Assembly: GCA_001642005.1 (NCBI GenBank)
Contig: LWCA01000297.1
Location: 1 to 33,063 of the forward strand
From: Intoshia linei
Taxonomy: Eukaryota; Animalia; Orthonectida
Reading direction: 5' to 3'
Length of the DNA: 33,063 nucleotides
Shown here one piece after another: positions 23,701 to 33,063 of this stretch (within the stretch, counting starts at the first letter, position 1; each line of letters starts with the position of its first letter). Position numbers and translations under genes: made by a program. The notes below the pieces were generated by a model. The model was not told where the DNA came from and did no database searches. It saw only the letters and a list, made by a program, of their open reading frames with translations.

Positions 23701-24375
23701 CGGTTCACAAAAATAATTAATTCAAATTTGTGGAAACATCTTATTTTTTACATTTTTCATCTGAAATTATACTTTCGATCAAAATTGAAAAAAAATTCTG
23801 CCCCCTCGCGAGGACTTGGTAGTTTTAAAATTAATGTATAATGAAATTAAGTTCCATGGGTCATATACTCACTTCGATTGAATTTATCCCACCAAATATC
23901 TTTTTTGGAAGATATACTTCTCTCATAAATTTTAAACTTTAAAATTTAAATTTTATATTAAAATATACAATATTAATTTATATGTACGGTGATTTCTATT
24001 TAAAGCTTAAATTAAGCTTATCTAATTGCCCACGAGGTTTATCAAATAATTTATTTTCCCATACCTTTCTGAAATATGGTTTATCAAATTCATCTTTAAG
24101 TAAAAATTTCCATGTTCCACTCAACAAATTTTCAAATATAGAGACTTGATCAAATCCAATCATTTCCTTTCTCTCTTTCACATCATATTGTGCTACTTTA
24201 ACAATCTTTTTAGTTTTATCAATTTTTGATTTTTTCTATTCATATAATTCAATTTTACAATTATTTATTATTACTAACTATAAAAATTATTAATACATAC
24301 CACTGCAGGTTTATATAAAAAATCTTGTTTGAAAAAAGAATCGATTGGATTTGTATTTTTGACAGTTTTTTTCAT
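20721..24375 (-). CDS. UNG: Uracil-DNA glycosylase (family 1 UDG), ~285 aa, 7 exons
   Basis: Exons 24375-24301, 24235-24065, 23620-23525, 22286-22232, 22183-22052, 22012-21825 and 20861-20721 (858 nt). All catalytic motifs are intact: [71 protein letters not shown] and IDW. N-terminal PIP-box-like NPIDSFF. Confidence 0.96.
21198..21565. mobile_element. Best-preserved family B foldback element: long terminal inverted repeats around ~7 tandem 29-30-bp units
   Basis: Left ..ATGTTAAATGTATAATAATTAAAAAGGGGTGTCTACTTAAACCCAACCATTTTTACT pairs with right AGTAAAATTGGTTGGATTTAAGTAGACACCCCTTTTTAATTAATATACATTTAACATG.. The unit consensus is approximately CCACTTTTACCAACCCTTAAGGAAAAAAT. It lies in the last UNG intron. 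Confidence 0.85.
22600..23300 (+). mobile_element. Dispersed repeat family A copy in a UNG intron
   Basis: Colinear with 12680-13170 (e.g. AATAAG.TCTATCAGAATAATTTTTTTTTAATT, GACCATTAAT, TTTTTTGACCGTGAA). Contains an internal duplication of CTAGGACTATTTTTATTTTTT.AAAAAAAGGGTAATTTG. Confidence 0.75.
23340..23470. mobile_element. Short hAT-like MITE
   Basis: Inverted termini CATGTTCTTAACCT (23340-23353) and AGGTTAAGAACCCATG (23455-23470). Confidence 0.55.
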
Positions 24376-25137
24376 ATTAAACTTTTAACAATTTAAAAAT
24401 AAATTTATTTAAAATTAATTGATGTTATGGTCAAAAATTTTGACTCAAAATGCATCTTTCCATAACGTACTTAAACAGATTATAATTTTTACTTTTTGCT
24501 ATAGCTTATAACTACAAAAATACATTGTAGTAGACTTATCAAATTTGTAAAATATTTATTTGTAAGATGGCTAATTTACTCATAGTCTAAAATGATTACA
24601 TTCGTATTTTGAATTTTTTTAAATTTAAATTTAAAACTTGAAAAAATTATGGTTCTAAGAATTAAATTATTGAACTTGGTCTTAAAATTGTTTAAGATGT
24701 GATATATCATGGCTATAATTGGAAATAAATATTATTCATTAGATCATGAAAACACAAATCAGTATTTAAAAATATAATGTGGTTGTGCCTAAGTTTTGTA
24801 AAGTCTTAATGCTTCTTAAATTGTTAAGATTGTGTCATTTATGTAGCATCCATAATACAACCATTACCCCAATTAATTTATGTTATAAATCCAATTTTTC
24901 GAATGATTGATTGCACAATAATTAAGTAATAAGAATACAAATAAGTAAGTATCACTGTTTGACTTATTTGACTAAACTGTTCCAAAATAGTTTATTTATT
25001 TGATATCCATAACAATATTAAAAATTTTTACATTATTGACAAATGCTATTGAACGTTGCTATTTATTCAATCTAACATCACTTTAATTGTAATTTTATCA
25101 AAGATAATTCATCAACACATACCTTAAAACATAAAAA

Positions 25138-25827
25138 ATGGTATATATTAAAAAAAATTAATTTGAATAATTTTAGTCCCAATTAACTGAAGATGAAAAA
25201 TTAGGTAAATTTAAAAATTTTAAAAATAATGAAAATTTTTCATTTTCGTTTTTCAGAATATCAAGACACATTTAACCTATTTGATACAAAAGGTGATGGT
25301 AAAATATTTGGCCATCAAATTGGAGAAGTTTTGAGAGCAATAGGTCAAAATCCGTGTAATCAAGAAATTGAAAAAATTTGCGGAAACGATAAAGGTAAAA
25401 TAACCATCTTATTATTAGAATTGTAATTCAAATGCACATGTAAAGAAAAATTAAATAAAAACTAGAAAATCGAATATCATATGAAACATTTCTTCCCATG
25501 CTTGTATCCGTACGTAAATCTGAAGTTCCAGTTTCCAGATCCGACCTAATTGAAGGTTTTAAAGTATTTGACAAAGAACAGAATGGTCTTGTTCATGCTT
25601 CAGAACTTAGATACTTTTTAACTACCTTGGGTAATATTTACCATTTTTACCATGAATTGTAAAATAACTTAATTATTTTAGGAGAACCCTTAAGCGAAGC
25701 TGAATGTACTTCTCTGTTGTCCGGATTCGGTGAAAATAATGGATATATTAATTATGAAGGTATTTTAAACTGTTTAGTATAAATTTAATTTATTTTAGAA
25801 TTCATTGATACAATACTGAAAAATTAA
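25138..25827 (+). CDS. Myosin essential (alkali) light chain, non-muscle MYL6/Mlc-c-like EF-hand protein, ~146 aa, 6 exons
   Basis: Exons 25138-25140 (ATG only), 25177-25204, 25257-25394, 25466-25630, 25682-25759 and 25799-25827 (441 nt). Motifs LFDTKGDGKI..QIGEVLRAIGQNP, RISYETFLPML, IEGFKVFDKEQNG, ELRYFLTTLGE and GYINYEEF are diagnostic of essential light chains. Confidence 0.93.
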
Positions 25828-25840
25828 ATTTTAATAAAAA

Positions 25841-28800
25841 TTACATGAAAAATTCTGAAATTTGTTCACTCTGTGTGTCTTTTAATTCAATATCCTGATT
25901 TGAACTATTTTTACTTTTTCTATATCGTTCTTTTAAAACGCTGTACCCTTTGAATTTATAAAAAAATATATATAGAGCCAATCCAATTCCCAATAATATT
26001 AAAAATGAACACATGGATGATGTCACTAAAATATTTTGCATTTATGTGATTGAAAAATTTTATTCTATACCCCATATAAATAAATAGTTGTCATTTTCTT
26101 TTACAATCAAATCAAAAATATCAAATTCCAAATTTCGCAAGTCAGCTTCTTTGGCACCTCTGATATATTTGGGTTCTTCAAATGGTGTCACCTCTTCAAA
26201 CCCACACATGGACTCTATCATTCTATCTCCATCTTCTAAGTATGACTGAATATTATGTATAAATTAGTATTTTTTACCTTCAGGATAAAATTTAAGATTA
26301 TTTTTGGATGGATTTCGAAACAATCGTCTGAAGGGGTATACATTGTTAAATTGTATACGAAATAAACAGCCCTTAAACCCTCTGATATTATCGGTACCTA
26401 AATATTTATTTCAATAATTTATAAACAAAAATTACTGTTGCGACCAAAATAAATGTATTTTGGAAAATCCAACTTTGTATCAGCACTAGAATGTAAATTC
26501 CAATACTTTCTAGCTATCGGATAATCATCTACCTAAAATAATATGTTTCTAAAAATTTTTATGGGTAACTTGAATTGACAAATTTCGACCTCTATTTGAA
26601 CGTTTAACTTTTAAAATGTGTTGTTGACCATTTGCTAAATCTACATCGAAAATATCATTATTCAGTTCGTCCCTTTCTGATCCCACATCTAAAACAACTC
26701 GTATCCCACCTAAAGTCTCATTGATATACAAATAAAGTACTTTATTATCTACATTATGTAATTTCATATTTAGGATTAGATCGCAAGCCAGATATCCGAA
26801 AAGGAATGGAAATTATAAAAAAAATAATTTTTAAGATTAAAACATTTTTATATTTACAGATTAGTTATAATAATTATAATTATTTTATCTAACAAAACGA
26901 ATCATTGAAAAAACAGTTCATTGACTGCGCTTGCGAATATTAGAAAAAAAATCGGTTCATTCACAACAAACGTAATAAAATTAATCTCATTATCGTCATA
27001 ATTTTATAAATTTAATTTCTTTAAACTACAAACCGTTGCAGTAGTTTATTAGTTAAAAATTAAGAAATCACGCAAAAATATAAATTTATGTTTAGCACGC
27101 GCAGTCAAATTTTAATAATTGTAAACGAGATTATGATTATTCTTTAACCCAACCGTTTTTACTAAAAATCCACTTTTACCAACAATAAAAGGTTATAAAA
27201 CTGTTGAAAAGAATAATTAAATTTTTCTTTGGATCTTCGTTACAAACTTGAAAAATTACTATTGATTATATTTTAAAGTGGAATAATTTTGATCTTTTAT
27301 GAAATAGTTTATGCAATTTTATAAATCTTGCGTAATTATATATTCATATAAATTTTTTTGACTATATATATTTGTCTTATATCTTATAATTATGCCTTTA
27401 ATACATGTAAATACCTTTTAGGGTTGGTAAAACTGGATTTTTCGTTTTAGGGTTCGTAAACCTCAATTTTTCACATAAGGTTTAGTAAAACAGGAATTTA
27501 CTTAAAAAGTTGGTAAATTTAGATCTTTTCTTTAAATTTTTGTAAAACTGAAGTTTTCGTTTTAAGATTCGTAAATCTCAATTTTTCATTTAAGGTTTGG
27601 TAAAATAGGAATTTTCCCTAAAGGGTTGGTAAATTCAGATTTTTAGCAAAAATGGTCGGATTTGAGTAGACACCCATTGTAAACCACATCAGATTTTTTT
27701 TAGTATTTACAATTTGTGGATGTATAATGAAAATACATAAAGTGATAAATCTAAATACTGGACAATCTCCACAATAATAAAAAATCCTCAAAATATTTTT
27801 GGTGATCCGTGTTATAAATCCCCATTTTAAACCATACTATTTCTTACATTTACCGTGAACCGGAATTGATCCGCGAGTCATACTTGTATTAGAGTTCTGC
27901 AACACGGTCCGTAGCAAATACTTTAACATTTATATTGAATATAACACAAATAATTATTAAGTAAAATTTAACGAAATTTATTCCTAGACGAATACGAACT
28001 TTCAAAATTCGTGTCGAAGCGTGTTTCGGGCAGTTTTGCAGAAATCTACTTTGGACAAGGCTGCATTACAGAATGAATTAAAATTCGAAATTTTATGCCA
28101 TGATCAGTGACGAACTTACCGTATCGAGGCCCTCTTAAGGGCCCCATTTTCCAAATTGAGTATTAACAAAATATATTATGAATGTCATAACTATTTAGAT
28201 TCTTAAAATTTAACTGTCAATCCAAGATACTTGAATATATGGCTAGGGATGGAACAGTAAGCACCGTATACAACAAAACATTCATCAATCCTTAAGGGTA
28301 AAATCCAGTTTTACGAAACCTAAAATGAAAAATCCACTTTTATCAATTCTAAATGGAAAAATTCAATTTTACTGAATTTTAGAGTAGTCCATAAAAACTC
28401 AGTATCACAAACAAAACAAAGTGAAGTACTTAAATAGAAGGATTATCGATAAACAGATCTTATAACCTCTTTATTACTTACTCAAAATAATGATGAAAAA
28501 ATAAAACTTTTTAAAACCAAAGTAAAAAAAATGGTAATAAAAATTATAATCTAAAAATATACCATTATTGTTGACTTGAATAGTAATATATTCTCCATTT
28601 TCATTTTGAATAGACATGAGAATACCCTGTTTATCTTCTGTTGAAAAACCTACAATAATATTCTCTTCATCAGTGGAAATATCTCCAGTAATTTTATTGA
28701 ATTCATATCTAACCATCCAATTGCTTTGAAAATGAATCCCAACTTCTATCATAATTTTTATTACATGTATAATTAAAAAAATACCTCTACCACAATTCCA

Positions 28801-31800
28801 CCCTCTAAATGGAGTATAAGCACAGTCACATTTATAAAAAGAGTATCCTTCTATACAAATCCCACCATTTAAACACGGATTTTGCTTGCATTTTGCATTA
28901 CAACCAGTTGACACGCCGTATGGTTTAATAAACCCATCAACAATTTTTTTTAAATTAACAATATATCCATTAATAACTAAAGCTCTAAAACACCCGATAA
29001 ACCCATTAGAATTATCTACAGACGATCCAATATACAATTTACTAGACAATTGTAAATATCTAAATTCCCTGTTTTTTGGTTCATCCAGGGTAACCTGTGC
29101 TTGATAATCTATTTTTAAAAGCGAATTTAAATGATTCCTCTCCACATGAACTGTGTGCCACATGTCATCATTTAATCTATACGCTACAACTTTTGTTAGC
29201 GTTTGGGCCCCGTCTCCAGCATCAAATATAAATTGTATTGTATTGGGGTCGAGAATGGAAATTTCTATAAAGTGTGTTTGTCCCTTGCAATGTATTATGA
29301 CACCAGTCGATGCAGTAGTTTTAAATTCGAATCTTATATCTGATGAAGTTGTAAAATTTGTATTAAATGTTTCCAATTGGATGGAAGAATCAATTGCAAA
29401 AAAAGTTATTACATCCTTGTATAAATCTAAAAAAAAAATTTCATTCGTTTTGAAATAAATTACCATCATCATAACATCGCAGTTTACCAAGTTTATGAAA
29501 TGCATATTTATGGTCTTTTAAATCACCTGAATCACCAAAACGTAGCTGCATGACTGGTAAATCTTCTTTATAATTAAGGAATCCAGAATCATGCAAATCT
29601 TCCTCGCTGTCTCCAGAATCACAAGTACATGGAGCATTAGGACTAGGACATTCGTCAATTAATCCACATTGACACATTGATAACCCTTCAATTCCACCTC
29701 CCCAATAACGCAATTGTTTACCATATCTTCCAACCCACCAACCCCAAGTTAACTTGGTTTTATCATGACTTCCTAAATTTCATATAATTGACAAAAATTA
29801 ATAATCATTTACCTGTTGTAGTTAAAAGTCTGGTATTATGACATTGATAAGAAATAAACTGTTCACATTTTGATGCCCTATCTGTAATCATATCAAAATG
29901 TTTTTCATTAGCGTTATTGTAATTAATATTTCTTATATATGATCCAGGATGTTGATATCCATCAATCAATAATCTGTGGGTACTATCATGTGAAATTTCG
30001 GTTATTGAGTATTTTTCATCATCTAATATTTCATCAATATAAATGTAAATTTCATTATTTACGGAAAAATATGCAATTTACTTCAATTGGTTCCATGTAG
30101 CCAGTATCATCATAATCTATTTTTGTTTTCATGTTTTTCAAAGTCGGGTTTTGACGTCGAACTTCATCACAAGACATTGAGTACATTGCTATTAATACAA
30201 TTATGTAAAGTATTTTCATTTTAATTGATGTATTTAAATTTTTAATTTTGGACCAAGCATCTCAAGTCAAAACTGTCAATTTACAAATTATCAAATTTAA
30301 TGTCACATCAGGCATCTTAACTATTTAACAATTATTCACATTTTGATTGAATAGCTGAATTTTTAATTCTAATTTTCAATGATAAAAAACCATTTAAAAT
30401 TAAATAAAATGAAATTATTTTATTTATTGTAATAAACTTACAAATAAACCCAAAATAATATGTTTCCAATTAAACATATTCATTCAATTTAATTTTGTTG
30501 CAATTAATTTTCTACAAAAAAAATTACATTTATGACACACACTCCCTTCATATCCCGTTCTACTACAATCACAAAAAAATGCAAAACTATTTTGATGACA
30601 AATTCCACCATGTTCACAAGGATTTGGGGTACATCTAAAATGCTTTTTTAATGTAAGTATAAAATGAGTATTACCTATCCACAATTCTACAAGATTCAGT
30701 ATTGACAGAATTAGATTTCCATTTGTTAATTTTCTCTTTACCAACATATATATTTTTTATACAACCAATAAAACCAACTATTGCAGCGGCATAATTTGTA
30801 CCTAAATATCAAGTGTAATAAAAAAAATATAAAAATAATTATGTTAAATTTGTAATACTATTTTAATATAATATAGAGAATTATCTATAATATTCACCGG
30901 CTCTGTTGCTCAAAATTATGAACGTCCCGATTTTTTGAAAAAAATGAATTCATTAAAAGGGGGGTACCAAGGTATGAAATATTTACTAATAAAATTAGCA
31001 GTATACAATTAATTAGTAATAAAGTAACGGGCCGATATTCTACCTTCCTTACACACTTTTCAAAAATCGCTTTCGATCGATCTTTAATGTTCAATGTTTA
31101 ATCGATCGTTTATTGTCTATAAATTAAAAATAACAGTTGGAAATCGTATTGGTCATCACAAAATTTATCATTATTATTATATTAAAGTCTTCTCCACGAA
31201 TTTGGTTATAAGTATATTTTAAATACATACAGCATATAATAAAATTATACCACCAACATTGTATATTTTCCCTGTTTTATAAAACATCATTCTTTTAGAA
31301 ACATAATTTAAGCCATCAATTGTAATATTAAAAATAGCCGGTTCTACTGCATTAGCGCTTCTACCATCCAAAATAAATGTATGCCATAATCCATCGCTAT
31401 AAGATTTAGTATGGAGTGCTAAATTTAATTGTAACATTTACATTGATTAACCTAATTATATTAAAAAAAAACACATGCATCCTTATTATGATAATTATCA
31501 TTACGTTTTATTACACTTTTAATATTAATTTTATTGCTTCCTTCTATGTATACAGATATTTGACCATGTTTATCAATTTCAATCTAAATCAATTATAAAC
31601 GGGGGAAACGTATAACAAAACATTAATTTTTCCTTCTGACATTTCATGAATTAATATACTGCACTGTGTATAATATGTCCTAAAATCAAATTCGAAATGA
31701 ATGAATCTACTGGGCATAGCATTAGCTATAATATTTGATTCCTCGGTTAAAAAATTAAGACAAGAAATTGATGAAATCTAAAGAATTGTGAAGCAATCCA

Positions 31801-32231
31801 TTTTCAATTTACCAATTTGTCAATTTACTTTGCATCCATTATAAATGACATCACTATTTTTCTCAAATCTGTGTTCCTTAATTCGAGCATTTTCAAGCAT
31901 ATCTATTCCATCAAACCAAACTCTATCCAAACACCCAGTAAAATTTTTATACGATAAAAGTTTTTTAAAAGAGGAACCACTTTTATAAGGATTGATGGCT
32001 CCAATACTAATCTAATGTATATATTATCATATTATCATATACGCTTTATTACAATTTTATCCAAATTCAGTTTCTCAAAGGACCCTGAAACAAAGACGTG
32101 ATCATGAAACGCATCCATTGTAATGTTAATGAATCTTTTGTTTCGTATCATTTTAAAATCGTGCCATTTTCCATCATCCAAAAGTGATCCAATTTTAAAA
32201 GTTCCGTGAGAGAGGTTATGTTTATCAATTC
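25841..32231 (-). CDS. Nrx-IV: Contactin-associated protein / Neurexin IV (Caspr, CNTNAP family), 5'-partial; 17 exons and ~1057 aa visible
   Basis: Exons 32231-32053, 32011-31829, 31777-31622, 31583-31505, 31418-31251, 30801-30675, 30634-30528, 30188-30063, 30022-29813, 29772-29464, 29426-28785, 28745-28563, 26709-26570, 26532-26436, 26397-26278, 26235-26071 and 26025-25841, all phase-consistent. Domain order is LamG ([10 protein letters not shown]), LamG, EGF ([14 protein letters not shown]), fibrinogen-like (WWVGR..YWGG..CQCGL..CTCD..LPV), LamG, EGF ([22 protein letters not shown]), LamG, TM and a PDZ-type tail (EFFM). The signal peptide and discoidin exons should lie beyond 33063. Confidence 0.93.
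27143..27675. mobile_element. Family B foldback copy in the long Caspr intron
   Basis: Left end TAACCCAACCGTTTTTACTAAAAATCCACTTTTACCAAC. The right arm (27418-27675) has about 8 ~30-bp TTAGGGTTGGTAAA units ending AAAATGGTCGGATTTGAGTAGACACCC. Further units occur at ~28285-28385. Confidence 0.75.
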
Positions 32232-32394
32232 CTAAAATAAATATATTGGCTATGACATTTAGAGTATAAAAATTTCACCAAGTGGGTCTTTTACACTTTA
32301 AGTAACTATAGGTTAGTAAAAATTTACCGTTAGGTCATTTTTTAAAGTGGACTAAAATAAAAAACGTTTGGGATATACTCATGTAGAGGTATGA

Positions 32395-32945
32395 AAATCA
32401 AAATCCTTAGTTATATGATCTGCTTCGTTTGTCTGTATGTGTGTGTTATCGTTTATTTCAATAACTACCCTCTTAAAATTTTATATAATCCAAATTTCTA
32501 TAACAGTTTTTTCCGGGGTGAAAGTAAAATTAATTTCAATCTCCCAATCTCACATCTTACTGGTCAAAAAGCACAATTATCTTTTTTTTTTAAAATTAAA
32601 CTAGTTCGAGAATTTAAGAAAATATACACTCTGATACGGATTTTAAAATCATAAATATTATTATAAAGTTAAAAAAAATATATCTTCAGGGGTAAAACCA
32701 CCAAATTACCTTTTTTTTTAAATGAAAACAGTCCTAAAATTTAAAAAAATACAGGTGGTACAGTTGTATTCTGTTAACACACAAAAAATTTCAATCTAAA
32801 TACGTGTAATAATAAGTGTAGTAATAATATCAATACAAAATTTCAACCCGAGTAATCTACGCATTCCCGGTGAAAAATTAGTTTTTATATATTTTCAACT
32901 ACTATTTTTCAAATGTTTCGATTAAAATAAAAATTGAAAATGTAT
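32395..32945 (-). mobile_element. Dispersed repeat family A copy (reverse orientation) in a Caspr intron
   Basis: Reverse complement of 12670-13330, e.g. TTCAACCCGAGTAATCTACGCATTCCCGGTGAAAAATT and CAAATTACCTTTTTTTT. The terminal block reads ACACACATACAGACAAAC..ATATAACTAAGGAT on the minus strand. Confidence 0.75.
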
Positions 32946-33063
32946 AAAAATAGCTATAAAGATGCGCAAAATTATAGTCTAGCGAATCATGAACGCCGTA
33001 TAAATTATTAAAAACCGATTCCAATGAGAAAACTGAATAAATATAAAAAAAATATAAATTGAA

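Noticed and set aside
27418-27640. TTAGGG-containing repeats as a telomere or interstitial telomeric tract
   Set aside because: TTAGGG occurs at most once per ~30-bp unit rather than as a tandem hexamer run.
14483-31598. ORFs 14483-14725, 17580-17891, 17701-17946, 18283-18597, 21012-21200, 22303-22503, 28886-29104, 29153-29458, 30894-31094 and 31416-31598
   Set aside because: Antisense shadows or chance intronic frames in AT-rich DNA.
13391-32654. Short ORFs 13391-13579, 19505-19717, 23043-23363 and 32391-32654 (two share TTNYPFFKK)
   Set aside because: They lie inside non-coding repeat family A, and the shared peptide just reflects the DNA repeat.
1-33063. The seven genes as one functional cluster or operon, or use of a variant genetic code
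   Set aside because: The functions are unrelated and the orientations mixed. All genes translate cleanly with the standard code.

Overview
This is very AT-rich animal (bilaterian-type) genomic DNA, not prokaryotic. Many of the listed ORFs are exons or antisense shadows. By tracing GT-AG splice sites by hand I reconstructed six complete spliced genes and one partial gene: sFRP1/2/5-like (+), SF3B1 (-), a somatomedin-B/TSP1 SBSPON-like secreted protein (-), an orphan ~704-aa coiled-coil protein (+), uracil-DNA glycosylase UNG (-), a myosin essential light chain (+), and the 3' 17 exons of a Caspr/Neurexin-IV gene (-, 5' end beyond the window). Introns are bimodal: many are 36-52 nt, while the long ones are filled with non-autonomous transposons (hAT-like and piggyBac-like MITEs, a foldback family with ~30-bp internal arrays, and a possibly Helitron-like dispersed family). 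The window opens with a decayed transposase C-terminus carrying RAG1/Transib/Chapaev-like motifs. Two convergent gene pairs have stop codons only 26 bp and 13 bp apart, and the 13-bp gap holds overlapping poly(A) signals on both strands. SF3B1 appears to have lost its two N-terminal ULM tryptophan motifs. The compact architecture and divergent proteins suggest a reduced, fast-evolving invertebrate (for example an orthonectid-like parasite), but this is inference only. I see no firm evidence of a wholly new multi-gene system. The best leads are the RAG-like transposon with its foldback family, the splicing-machinery changes alongside micro-introns, and the abutting gene ends.
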